Positions 16,863 to 25,562 of a DNA stretch of 64,000 nt are shown here, one piece after another. Position numbers and translations under genes: made by a program. Numbering within the stretch: the stretch's first letter is position 1; every line of letters starts with the position of its first letter. Under the pieces are notes generated by a model. The model had not been told where the DNA came from and searched no databases. It saw nothing but the letters and a program-made list of their open reading frames with translations. The stretch comes from a virus: IMG/VR virus record IMGVR_UViG_3300008121_000011. One strand, 5' to 3'.

Positions 16863-17714
16863 TTGCTAAACTCAGTAGACCTACAAGCCCAAAAGCAAGC
16901 CTATGATCAGGAAGAAATCAAGAGGATAGACAAGGCAGAAAGAGAATCTTTTGATTCGTTGCGAGAATTGTATTTTGCGATCGCTGAAATGTTAGGTGTA
17001 AATAACGACAAGGAGATGATCGCCAAAATCAAAGAGTTAGCCGAAATTAAAGCGGAAATAGCTTTAGGGAATATTGGCGTACTTTCTAATTTATCTTACG
17101 AGTTTCGCAGTCAGATCAAACAAGCGCTATATAAAGGAGTCAGGAAAGACAAATATCCGTCTATTGATGAGTTCCCTGACGATGACGCTATCAGCTTTGC
17201 AGGGCATTTAATAGATCGTCACAAACACTGGGAGCGCGATCATGAGTTTACTCAATTTGCGCTTGAGGTTAAACAGCTTTTAATTGATTCAGTTGGTAAA
17301 GATATTAGCAATGAAGAGGCGATCGCTGAGATTAAGCGCTTGCAAGCCAATCAAAACAGATTTGATTCTGCAACTTACGATCCTTTTCAAGATAAATACA
17401 AACTTGAAAATATAGAACATGCCATTAGCTTTCGCGCTACAGCAGCGTCATATTTGGGCTGTTCCTATGACAGGAATGAAGCGATCGCCAAGATTGAACA
17501 ACTTACAGGAGACAAGGATCGCGAAATTGAGCGTCTAAATCGCTGTATATCTGGTATTGCCTCGTTTTTGGACTTGCCTAGTGATGCCAAGCAACCTGAT
17601 ATCTGCTTTGCAATCATGGAGCTAAGGCAGAAATACAAAAAGATTAGTCGAGAGCCTTCATCATATGAGCAGATCGTCATAGTTGATTGGATCGCCCGTC
17701 TCGTTGGTAAGTAA
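16863..17714 (+). CDS. hypothetical protein with three (E/M)(A/I)IA(K/E)I(K/E)(E/R/Q)L repeats
   Basis: 283 aa; EMIAKIKELAE, EAIAEIKRLQA, EAIAKIEQLTG. Start is TTG and uncertain. Confidence 0.45.
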   Translation: MLNSVDLQAQKQAYDQEEIKRIDKAERESFDSLRELYFAIAEMLGVNNDKEMIAKIKELAEIKAEIALGNIGVLSNLSYEFRSQIKQALYKGVRKDKYPSIDEFPDDDAISFAGHLIDRHKHWERDHEFTQFALEVKQLLIDSVGKDISNEEAIAEIKRLQANQNRFDSATYDPFQDKYKLENIEHAISFRATAASYLGCSYDRNEAIAKIEQLTGDKDREIERLNRCISGIASFLDLPSDAKQPDICFAIMELRQKYKKISREPSSYEQIVIVDWIARLVGK

Positions 17715-17716
17715 GC

Positions 17717-17935
17717 ATGGAAGAAGGTAAATCAATAGAAATAAAAATCGTCATCACATCTGCTTTTCTTGCAGAGCTTAATAAACTTATGCCAGATTGC
17801 GAGAAGGGCAAGGGATATCGCACTGAGATAATCTATTTTTTTATCAGAGAAGGTTATCTTGCAACTAAAAATAAATCACAGCAAGAGCCGCGCCCGAATC
17901 ATGGCAGTAATCGCGATTATTTAAGGAGAAACTAA
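17717..17935 (+). CDS. hypothetical protein
   Basis: 72-aa ORF, 2 nt after the upstream stop. Confidence 0.4.
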   Translation: MEEGKSIEIKIVITSAFLAELNKLMPDCEKGKGYRTEIIYFFIREGYLATKNKSQQEPRPNHGSNRDYLRRN

Positions 17936-18169
17936 ATGGCTGAATCTACGGAAAGCATGGTAAACGTGAAAATCATTAGCGATGGTTTTGGCGGCATTGG
18001 CACAAAAGTTTTGTTAGAGGATGGCACGTCAATCAAAGGTATAACAGCCGTAAGGATTAATCTTGAAGCAGGGAAAATCGTAAAAGCTGAACTTGATATA
18101 TGCGTACATTCCCTCGAAATACAAGCACAGCTAGATTCTATTAATGTTCGCAAGATTAATATTGATTAA
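17936..18169 (+). CDS. hypothetical protein
   Basis: 77-aa ORF abutting the upstream gene. Confidence 0.4.
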   Translation: MAESTESMVNVKIISDGFGGIGTKVLLEDGTSIKGITAVRINLEAGKIVKAELDICVHSLEIQAQLDSINVRKINID

Positions 18170-18265
18170 ACAAAAAAACGATCGCCATCTAATTAACTCA
18201 GGACAGCGATCGCATTCAAGACATAGTAAAGGAGTAAACACGCGGTCAAGCGATTTACACTGTGA

Positions 18266-18547
18266 TTATCGCATATTTCGTAAGCGTTCAATCAAAAGCA
18301 GATTACGAGCATTCTCAAGATTAACCCGCTGCCTATTGTCTCTCACCTCACGCGATTCCGCTGGTCTCTCAACAGGCTTTTGCTTTTGCACTGTGATAAT
18401 TTGTTGCACGCCTTTACCAGCTAAGTGATCGAGGTTGTAGACCACGCCGCGCCATTCAATAAAGTTGGCGGGGTAGTTGAGAGGTTCAATAGCGATCGCG
18501 GGGGATGGGATGGCGAAAAGTAGGAGGGGTAGTAGATATTTTTTCAT
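18266..18547 (-). CDS. secreted small protein
   Basis: 93 aa; signal-peptide-like MKKYLLPLLLFAIPSPAIA. Confidence 0.5.
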   Translation of the reverse strand: MKKYLLPLLLFAIPSPAIAIEPLNYPANFIEWRGVVYNLDHLAGKGVQQIITVQKQKPVERPAESREVRDNRQRVNLENARNLLLIERLRNMR

Positions 18548-18549
18548 GG

Positions 18550-18774
18550 TTAGTCCTGTGAATAATAAGCGGATTGGATAGCAAAATAGCCATCGCTTTG
18601 AAGTTTGCCTGATAGTTGATGCTCTACAGGGATTTTGGCTAGGAATTTAACAGCTAAGTCATCAATATAAAAGTTGCCGTTATCATCGCCGTCCAAACTA
18701 ATAACAGTTTTTGATCCGTGTTCTGGTTCGTGTCTTTTAAGCTCAGTAATAAGCTCAGACAATGTATATTTCAT
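18550..18774 (-). CDS. hypothetical protein
   Basis: 74-aa ORF with an ATGA overlap to the upstream small ORF. Confidence 0.45.
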   Translation of the reverse strand: MKYTLSELITELKRHEPEHGSKTVISLDGDDNGNFYIDDLAVKFLAKIPVEHQLSGKLQSDGYFAIQSAYYSQD

Positions 18775-18926
18775 GCATTCACCCCTTTAAAACTTTTGAG
18801 TAAATCAGCTAATTTTGAGCATTGCATAGCATCCTCAAACGAGATATCCATATCAAGTAAATCCAAACTATTTGAGCAGATATACTCACATTGCGAAAAG
18901 TAGGATGGGAGTAGGTATTTTTTCAT
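18771..18926 (-). CDS. 51-aa ORF (below track cutoff)
   Basis: ATGA start/stop overlaps at both ends; begins MKKYLLP like 18266..18547. Confidence 0.3.
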   Translation of the reverse strand: MKKYLLPSYFSQCEYICSNSLDLLDMDISFEDAMQCSKLADLLKSFKGVNA

Positions 18927-19126
18927 GATTTTTCCTTGCCAAGAAGAGCGGCAGCACGGGAAATTATATCAGCGCTTTTTCCGTAGGATATTACATAATT
19001 ACGGAGTTCCTCAGCCCAATAATCAACTCTTTTATTGTGAGCTTCAATGTTTGTAAGATCGTTTATCTTTAATTCTTGCAAACCGTCAATAATTTTTTCA
19101 ACCGTGTAAAGAATACTTTTACTCAT
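18923..19126 (-). CDS. hypothetical protein
   Basis: 67-aa ORF, 4-nt overlaps on both sides. Confidence 0.45.
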   Translation of the reverse strand: MSKSILYTVEKIIDGLQELKINDLTNIEAHNKRVDYWAEELRNYVISYGKSADIISRAAALLGKEKS

Positions 19127-19533
19127 GCATTTACTCCTTTAAAAGCTCCAATAACAAATTGAAAATTGCTAGGCACAAACGGATGTGCCATCGGTACAGG
19201 ACGAAATAAGCCAACACGCTTACCGCCTAAATCTAACTCACAGCGCACATTATTAAATAACGCAAAATTAGCAGGTAAACATTTGGGATCTTGAATCCAT
19301 ATCTTGATCGGTGTTTCCTCCACACTAGCGCCGATCGTCTCAAGTAATTGCGGATTGCTTTCACGTACAGCCCAGCCTTGCACCGCTCTCGTATCGCTAT
19401 CAATCACAGGATTACCTAGCGCGTTAACCGTGCCTGTATTTACGCTATTGCGTACCCAAAACGTGCAGTTAAGCTTGTAACTGCCATCGGGGTTTTTGGG
19501 CGCAAATGGGGGTATGAGGTTAGGGAGTGGCAT
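19123..19533 (-). CDS. head-tail/tail completion-region protein
   Basis: 136-aa ORF downstream of the morphogenesis-like gene; no motif recognised. Confidence 0.4.
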   Translation of the reverse strand: MPLPNLIPPFAPKNPDGSYKLNCTFWVRNSVNTGTVNALGNPVIDSDTRAVQGWAVRESNPQLLETIGASVEETPIKIWIQDPKCLPANFALFNNVRCELDLGGKRVGLFRPVPMAHPFVPSNFQFVIGAFKGVNA

Positions 19534-19714
19534 GATGTCTCTCTTTCTTAAATCTTGGAGGCTCGTAGCTTTCGCATAAATTCCGATACCGTTCAGCAGG
19601 TGTTGTTAAGTGCGCTAATTCTGGGAAAGTTGAGGGATGATGACTAATAAATTTAGACTGAGTATATCGCAAATGGTTATAAAACTCTAGCTGATCAGGG
19701 GTCATTTGTCCCAT
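19520..19714 (-). CDS. hypothetical protein
   Basis: 64-aa ORF, coupled to its neighbours. Confidence 0.35.
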   Translation of the reverse strand: MGQMTPDQLEFYNHLRYTQSKFISHHPSTFPELAHLTTPAERYRNLCESYEPPRFKKERHHATP

Positions 19715-19715
19715 G

Positions 19716-20132
19716 TTACTTACCCTTCAAATGCTTGCTTAATTCAATTTTAGCGCGTTCTTTCGTCTCTGGCGACACCCCTAAAAACCGCCGCGCCTCA
19801 TTGGCATATGCAAAGTACCGTTTAGCCTCACCAGTGACGCTAATCCGATAACTTCTGCCATCGCTTGATATTACTGTTATTCCTTTACGCATCGCATCAG
19901 TGCGCCGCAAAATCGTAAGGAACGCGCCAATTAAGCGCTTGTGTGCAATGTACTTAGCGCTGAGTGTTTTCCACGCCGCACCCGTATCAGGATCGCCACC
20001 CTCACGAATAATATTATCTTGCAGTGCAATCACATGATCCGCGCTGACAGTCTTTATCACAGGCTCTATGTTTTGCAGCTTGGATAAGAGCTTAGCGGCG
20101 ATCGGCGTGTTGGGCAGGGTGAATTTAAGCAT
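19716..20132 (-). CDS. phage virion morphogenesis protein-like (Mu gpG-type)
   Basis: 138 aa; REGGDPDTGAAWKTLS...ILRRTDAMRKGI...YFAYANEARRFLGVS resembles the tail-completion/morphogenesis family pattern. Confidence 0.45.
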   Translation of the reverse strand: MLKFTLPNTPIAAKLLSKLQNIEPVIKTVSADHVIALQDNIIREGGDPDTGAAWKTLSAKYIAHKRLIGAFLTILRRTDAMRKGITVISSDGRSYRISVTGEAKRYFAYANEARRFLGVSPETKERAKIELSKHLKGK

Positions 20133-20183
20133 GATGGCAACAAAAAAGCGCTTACGGGTATTGTAAGCGCTTTTTAGCTTTGC

Positions 20184-20474
20184 CTATTTAGCTTTACGAG
20201 CCGTTGTCATTTCGCCACCTGCGATAAGTGGCTGTGCATTCTGCACCTCATCAAAATAGCTGATGCAGTCGCCGTCTTCAAAGTCTACGGTCACAGTCAC
20301 AATCTCTGTGAAGTAGAACTCAAAGCCATCTGCTTGGCTGCCTGAGTACTCAAAATTTTTGACATTGGGAGATAGGCTTTTAGCCAGTGCGATCGCCGCT
20401 TTCTTGTCAGCTAGATCGGGGTGTGTTTCGCTGTCCCATGCGTGGTTAAAGTAGCAGTTAATTTGTGTGAGCAT
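20184..20474 (-). CDS. hypothetical protein
   Basis: 96-aa acidic ORF. Confidence 0.4.
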   Translation of the reverse strand: MLTQINCYFNHAWDSETHPDLADKKAAIALAKSLSPNVKNFEYSGSQADGFEFYFTEIVTVTVDFEDGDCISYFDEVQNAQPLIAGGEMTTARKAK

Positions 20475-20537
20475 TGTTGTTACCTTGTTGGTTAGTTGAG
20501 AGAGGGGCGGTTAAGCCCCTGATGTGCGCGAGTGTGG

Positions 20538-20789
20538 TTAGGCTTTGTCGTATCTATTAACAAACTGAATTGCTTGCGATATATTGTTATGCCATCTTTC
20601 AACAAAATAATCTCTCTGCACGTCTGAATGCTGATCAGCGTCTTTGGTATAAAAAGAATTAGCCGATCCATCTCTGCTTATTGCACAACCTACAATTTGA
20701 TTCCCTTTCTTGGCTTGGAGAGTGTGAGCGCTTGTTGTAACTTCAAACCCGTTAGTTGTTAGTTTTTTGATCGCGTTAGCTAATTTCAT
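20538..20789 (-). CDS. hypothetical protein
   Basis: 83-aa ORF directly downstream of the repeated promoter/5'UTR cassette. Confidence 0.45.
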   Translation of the reverse strand: MKLANAIKKLTTNGFEVTTSAHTLQAKKGNQIVGCAISRDGSANSFYTKDADQHSDVQRDYFVERWHNNISQAIQFVNRYDKA

Positions 20790-20854
20790 GGTCGTTTACT
20801 CCTTTGTTTTGTCTATACGAGTAATAGTATCAGCACTAGACAAAAGGTGTCAAG
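20790..20854 (-). promoter_or_regulatory. repeated promoter + 5'UTR cassette (copy 1)
   Basis: Minus strand reads TTGACAcctttTgtctagtgcTGATACTATtactcgtatagacaaaacAAAGGAGtaaacgac-ATG. Near-identical copy at 21736-21799. Confidence 0.55.
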
Positions 20855-20881
20855 ATATTTGTAATATTTGTTTACAATTAG

Positions 20882-21154
20882 CTACTTATCCTTAGTTTTT
20901 GGCTTGTACTTATGCACTTCCTTATACTTCTCAGGATGTGCCAACTTGTATCGCAAATCATACTCAGTCTGACTCATAGGCTCATCGCCTATTGTTTGAC
21001 CGCCACGTTTGCGATCGCTGTCAGTCATGGTGACTATTTTCCCTTCAGGAGTGAGACAGCCACGCCTACAGCGATATTGTTTCGCACCTGATGATTTAGC
21101 GCCGTTGTAGGTCATCGGTTTGTGACAGTACGGGCAGTCAGGACGGTTACTCAT
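20882..21154 (-). CDS. zinc-ribbon protein
   Basis: 90 aa; CPYC...CRRGC cysteine pairs, basic C-terminus. Confidence 0.45.
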   Translation of the reverse strand: MSNRPDCPYCHKPMTYNGAKSSGAKQYRCRRGCLTPEGKIVTMTDSDRKRGGQTIGDEPMSQTEYDLRYKLAHPEKYKEVHKYKPKTKDK

Positions 21155-21374
21155 AGCTTAGCAACCCCTTTAACTCGCTTACTGTTTCCAATGCGTACCA
21201 AATACCGTCTGACAGCCATGAGTATTCGTAACCCTCATCAGCCATGCGTACAGATAAAATGTCGTCTTCCCATGAGTTAAAAATGTACTCTTCGCCGATC
21301 TTGCCATCGATATTGTCAGGATGTAATTCGGCATAGCGTTGTAGGAACGCTTGGATCATGAATAATTTTTGCAT
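21147..21374 (-). CDS. hypothetical protein
   Basis: 75-aa ORF, 8-nt overlap with the downstream gene. Confidence 0.4.
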   Translation of the reverse strand: MQKLFMIQAFLQRYAELHPDNIDGKIGEEYIFNSWEDDILSVRMADEGYEYSWLSDGIWYALETVSELKGLLSYE

Positions 21375-21435
21375 TGTCGTTACCTTTGTGAATGTTGATT
21401 GAGAGAGGGGCGGTTAAGCCCCTGATGTGTAGTAA

Positions 21436-21735
21436 TTAAAAAGCGTTGTAAGCATCGTTATACGCTTTGTCCAATTCCGTAAAAATGGCTTTTGCTGCCA
21501 AAAACTCAGCTTTAGAAATCGCGTCTTTTTGGTAGTAGTCGTTTTGAGCTTTAGTCCAGATAGGGTAGTAATCATCCCAAGCCTTCTTGGCATTGTCATA
21601 AGCGATTTGCTCTTCAGACTTACCACAAACACTAGTCCACAAAGCCTCTAATTGTTCTGCGGTTTCGATCAAGATAGTATTAAATTCAGTAGTTTCTTCG
21701 TCTTCGCCGAATAGATCGAATTGGATAACAGTCAT
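21436..21735 (-). CDS. hypothetical acidic protein
   Basis: 99-aa ORF directly downstream of promoter cassette copy 2. Confidence 0.45.
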   Translation of the reverse strand: MTVIQFDLFGEDEETTEFNTILIETAEQLEALWTSVCGKSEEQIAYDNAKKAWDDYYPIWTKAQNDYYQKDAISKAEFLAAKAIFTELDKAYNDAYNAF

Positions 21736-21799
21736 GTCGTTTACTCCTTTGTTTTGTCTATACGAGTAATAGTATCAGTACTAGACGAAAGGTGTCAAT
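21736..21799 (-). promoter_or_regulatory. repeated promoter + 5'UTR cassette (copy 2)
   Basis: About 62 nt nearly identical to 20790-20854, including TTGACA, TGATACTAT and AAAGGAGTAAAC. Confidence 0.55.
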
Positions 21800-21836
21800 A
21801 GGGCAAGCAAACTATTTTTTAGATCGTAATATTCCG

Positions 21837-22349
21837 TTACAAATACCCTGCGTAATCAAACTCAAAAATAAGTGAATCCAATAGAGAAGATTGGTCGTCC
21901 TTGGGAGTGGGGGAAGGTAACTGCTTGTATAGATTCAGTAACTTGCAAACCTTTGCAGCAGCATAACTAAGTCCTTCATCTAGCCCCTCTTGAGTAATAG
22001 CACTTAATCCTGCGACCGATCTAAGCGCATTAATTTGAGCGAGGCTAAAGTTGTCTAGACTCGCATGATCTTTAAGCAATACCCAAGATTTGGCCCTAAA
22101 ATCTACTTCCGAATTAAGCATAGGAGCAAACGAATCTAAGGTGCGATTGCGATAAATTATGATCTCAATGCCCTGATACATGACTGGACTGCCATTAATG
22201 ATCGCGGGAAAGGACATTCCCGACTCTTCAAGAGCGGGATCGGGTAGCATCAAGATAGAGGGTTGCACAATGTCGCCAAAATACCTGATGCCAATTAGAT
22301 CGGGAATAGCAGCGAGTATGGCTGCTCTGATTTCAAGCGGTGTTTTCAC
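21837..22349 (-). CDS. hypothetical protein
   Basis: 170-aa ORF. Confidence 0.45.
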   Translation of the reverse strand: MKTPLEIRAAILAAIPDLIGIRYFGDIVQPSILMLPDPALEESGMSFPAIINGSPVMYQGIEIIIYRNRTLDSFAPMLNSEVDFRAKSWVLLKDHASLDNFSLAQINALRSVAGLSAITQEGLDEGLSYAAAKVCKLLNLYKQLPSPTPKDDQSSLLDSLIFEFDYAGYL

Positions 22350-22659
22350 GATGGCAACCGATAAAGCTTTGTGCTAATATTGTAAACGCGATCGCCACTG
22401 CACAGAGATGAGCATACTGGCGATCGCTTGAAATATTCAAAGCTATTAATATTGATTGATAGCAATTCCGAATCGTCTAGTTTTGTGTAGCGCCGCCCGA
22501 ATCGGGTTGGCGGAGATCGCAAAGCCAGAATAACAAAGAGAATGTTTTAACGATAGCTTGGAAAACTATTAGCAATTGCGATCGGACTATCAATGAACGT
22601 CGGTTTCATACCGTGTGGTTATTGAATAAATTCCCCTAGTTGATAGGCGATCGCTTTAA

Positions 22660-22758
22660 CCGAGAGTAGCGGGAAGGTACTCGCGCCTAATAGCCATAAT
22701 TAGGTTTGTCAGATGGTGGCGATCGCTGATTTACTAGGTTCGATTCCTAGCTCTTGGA
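22660..22758 (+). ncRNA. tRNA-like element 1 (non-canonical, 99 nt)
   Basis: Acceptor CCGAGAG/CTCTTGG. D-arm gcgg-gaaggtac-tcgc. Perfect T-arm ctagg-TTCGATT-cctag. Anticodon-like arm cctaa(tagccataa)ttagg has a 9-nt loop, and there is a 29-nt extra region. Confidence 0.35.
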
Positions 22759-22779
22759 TTTTATGATAAACTTTAATTT

Positions 22780-22855
22780 CTGAGAGTGAGTCAGGTCTAC
22801 CATCTGAAACGTGAAGCCCGTCAGGTGTTAAGTGGTTCGATTCCACGCTCTCGGC
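22780..22855 (+). ncRNA. tRNA-like element 2 (76 nt, no canonical anticodon arm)
   Basis: Acceptor CTGAGAG/CTCTCGG (one G-U). T-arm agtgg-TTCGATT-ccacg, followed by a T-run. The interior folds as one interrupted hairpin rather than D and anticodon arms. Confidence 0.3.
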
Positions 22856-22960
22856 TTTTATGTTAAATTAAATATGCGATCGCGCATAGAGCAGAAAGTG
22901 CGTAGTAAATTTTTATAATTTCCTTCTGGTCGCCAAATAATTAATGGATGTTGCATAGGG

Positions 22961-23569
22961 TTAATTAAACACAGTTTCAGCTACACAATGCGCGATCGCC
23001 TTCTGCGTTTTGGCTAACTCCTTTTTAAGCTTATCCACTTTCTTAGTTTCAATCTTTGACCACTTAAGCTCATCAACTATCTCATTAATCCTAGATGCTC
23101 GTAATTCGCCAAGTGTGGCGATGAGAGAGGCTTTGTCATGCAACATGGGATTATGTCCCCATTTAATCACCACGCTACTATATGGTGATGATTGCGGCAT
23201 CAAGCTAATCGTAATCACAATGGTATCCGCAAAAACAGGATCGGGCGCTTTACATTGAGAGTAAACAAAGTGGAATAAATCCTGATTGCCATCATCAAAT
23301 TTCTGTCCAAAGTACTGAGGTAAGCTATCAATTAAGCCATCTCGCACAGGCTTAAAAGCGATCGCCAAGCCGTCATCATCCATCGGTCTATTAGCAGCAG
23401 CAAAGCGATGAAAGTGTATGCGTAATTGTGATTTGGTATCCCAATCAAAAGCAGACTCAATCGCGCCGCCTTGCTTCAGTGATTGCTTTTCTTTGAGGTG
23501 TAGTATCCAGTTGCCACGCCCGTTACTTGTGTTTTTGGGCGGTTCGTCTATGATGTATTGCAGAATCAT
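22961..23569 (-). CDS. RusA-like Holliday-junction resolvase candidate
   Basis: 202 aa; PMDDDGLAIAFKPVRDGLID resembles the RusA acidic catalytic motif; weak call. Confidence 0.4.
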   Translation of the reverse strand: MILQYIIDEPPKNTSNGRGNWILHLKEKQSLKQGGAIESAFDWDTKSQLRIHFHRFAAANRPMDDDGLAIAFKPVRDGLIDSLPQYFGQKFDDGNQDLFHFVYSQCKAPDPVFADTIVITISLMPQSSPYSSVVIKWGHNPMLHDKASLIATLGELRASRINEIVDELKWSKIETKKVDKLKKELAKTQKAIAHCVAETVFN

Positions 23570-23576
23570 TTATTTA

Positions 23577-23831
23577 TCAGTACAAAGGAACAAAAACAAA
23601 CGCCGTAAAAATAAACCCATTGCAATTTATTTCAATAAGTTCAACACTAAAAACAGTCTCCACAACATCAAACCCTAAACCAAGCCTTATAGTATGGCGA
23701 TCATATGGTTTTTGGATGTGGGGGAATTGATTGGTTATCTCTTCAAAAGTGTTATAAATTTTCTGAAGATATGGATTTTCTTCGTATACTTGCTGGTGAT
23801 ACGGATTTGCGTTTTTAGTTGCTTTAAACAT
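23577..23831 (-). CDS. hypothetical protein
   Basis: 84-aa ORF. Confidence 0.35.
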   Translation of the reverse strand: MFKATKNANPYHQQVYEENPYLQKIYNTFEEITNQFPHIQKPYDRHTIRLGLGFDVVETVFSVELIEINCNGFIFTAFVFVPLY

Positions 23832-24155
23832 TTAACCCTCAAAATTAACGATCGCTGACTCAATCAAATAATCAATTCCTAACTGATGTAGCGGATCGCT
23901 CGGATCGCAATAAAAGTGCCATGTAATCACGGCTTTATCAGCAGGGTATCTCAACCAAACACGCGCTAAGTTTTTGCCATGCCTAGCAATAAATCCGTCA
24001 TTGCTTTCAGTAAATTTACGGCACTTGTAACCCAATTCAATCAGCTTATTTCGGATTGCTTGCAGAATCGGCTGTGCTTCTTCCTTCTCGATCTCGTGTG
24101 TTGGGTTCATTATTAAATACTGATATTGATTTTCACTTTTGAGAAATTGTCGCAA
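23832..24155 (-). CDS. hypothetical protein
   Basis: 107-aa ORF abutting the downstream gene. Confidence 0.4.
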   Translation of the reverse strand: MRQFLKSENQYQYLIMNPTHEIEKEEAQPILQAIRNKLIELGYKCRKFTESNDGFIARHGKNLARVWLRYPADKAVITWHFYCDPSDPLHQLGIDYLIESAIVNFEG

Positions 24156-24319
24156 GTTGATTTAAAGTCTGCAAAAGCTTTTTGAGCTTGACTTAAATCA
24201 ATCATTGTGTCATTTATCCTTTGGATAGCAGCCTGTAATTCCTTATACTTCTCAGGATGTGTCAACAAAGTTGGTATGGCTCTACGGAATACGCGGCGAT
24301 CGCGTGATGATTTCTTCAT
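24113..24319 (-). CDS. hypothetical protein
   Basis: 68-aa ORF. Confidence 0.35.
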   Translation of the reverse strand: MKKSSRDRRVFRRAIPTLLTHPEKYKELQAAIQRINDTMIDLSQAQKAFADFKSTCDNFSKVKINISI

Positions 24320-24408
24320 GATATAAACTCTGGATAAAGAGGATCAATATTGACAAAGCGATCTGATGAGTGAGGGATGAAAAGTAGCGGCTTCTTATGC
24401 CACCCCCT

Positions 24409-25332
24409 CTAGGAAGGGGACTGGGCTACTTGGCGGGTATATTTGCTTACTCGTTTCCTTAAATGCATACGGCGCATTGATTTAGACTCAAGATCGTAGA
24501 TATTAGTTTTAGCCTGATAGAGAGTGCGATCGCCATCAAACTTCATGTAATGCTTCTCACCTAAATTATGGGTTAACCAAAATTCAGGGGTGTTAATAGC
24601 ATCATTGCAAGGTTCACACACCTGATAACGCTTAATACCTTTGAGATGCTTACGCACGGTTTGAGGGGTACGACTGACTAAATCAGCTACTAAATCTTGA
24701 GAAACACCGTATGGCACAAATAAGCGATGAACGAGTAGAAATCTGCCTTTAATTTTTAAACCCTTGACACCCGAAAGCATAATTGTAGATGCGTGCTTAA
24801 AAATATTCTGGGATTTCTTGACGTGCTTTGCTAATTTCTTGCCTTTATATTTTTTATTATTCTCCTTGGTTTCTCGTTTTGCAGCATAAAATGACGCTTC
24901 CTGCTTTTGCGCTGTAGTTGCAATTACTACCTGCGATCGCACTTGGTTAGGCATATCTACAGAGTCCATCTCAAAGATCGCGCCCAAATTGCTGATATTT
25001 AGCTTTGAGCAGACTTTCTTGAGTGAAGTATAGATAAGCCTAGCGCGATCGCCTTTAATCTCCAGTAGCCAAAAAAGCCCCAGATTATACGCTAATCTAA
25101 GGGCTTTTTTAATTGTGGCAATACTGCGATTAAATGTACGGGCAAGCATTGGTAAATCCAAGCCAACCTTACCAGCGCCTTTCCCTGCTTCACCTGATTG
25201 GTATTTGGGAGTATGAGTTTGCTTATCATGGGAACGCACAAAAAGATATAGCATTTTCACCAAATGAGGAATTTTCCAACATTGAGCAAAACTGCTATAA
25301 ATTTCGACGATTCTGTGATAAACTTGTGTCAT
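24409..25332 (-). CDS. basic, probably DNA-binding protein
   Basis: 307-aa Lys/Arg-rich ORF with HTH-like segments (RSIATIKKALRLAYNLG; VSRTPQTVRKHLKG). Confidence 0.4.
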   Translation of the reverse strand: MTQVYHRIVEIYSSFAQCWKIPHLVKMLYLFVRSHDKQTHTPKYQSGEAGKGAGKVGLDLPMLARTFNRSIATIKKALRLAYNLGLFWLLEIKGDRARLIYTSLKKVCSKLNISNLGAIFEMDSVDMPNQVRSQVVIATTAQKQEASFYAAKRETKENNKKYKGKKLAKHVKKSQNIFKHASTIMLSGVKGLKIKGRFLLVHRLFVPYGVSQDLVADLVSRTPQTVRKHLKGIKRYQVCEPCNDAINTPEFWLTHNLGEKHYMKFDGDRTLYQAKTNIYDLESKSMRRMHLRKRVSKYTRQVAQSPS

Positions 25333-25432
25333 TCGACTGCGTCTACAGTTGGATCTCCACGCACCCTTTCGAGTAACGTTAATTTTGAAGGTCAGAGATC
25401 AAAATTAACCAGTGGTGAAGCTATATTAACAT

Positions 25433-25464
25433 AAAAAAGCCCGATCAAATGATCGGGCTTTTTT
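25433..25464. terminator. bidirectional hairpin terminator
   Basis: A6, then gcccgatc-aaat-gatcgggc, then T6. Confidence 0.55.
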
Positions 25465-25562
25465 ATTAAGCAGCTACCAGCCCAGCTTTTTTGAAGACCC
25501 TAATTTTGTGCGCCGATACCCTACTTTGTAAACAAATATTAAGAGTTTAAATATTTTTGGTT

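Noticed and set aside
22660-22855. Calling the two T-arm-containing elements ordinary tRNA genes with an assigned anticodon
   Set aside because: Neither folds into a canonical 5-bp/7-nt anticodon arm with U33. Element 1 has a 29-nt extra region and element 2 has no D-arm. They are reported only as tRNA-like ncRNA candidates.
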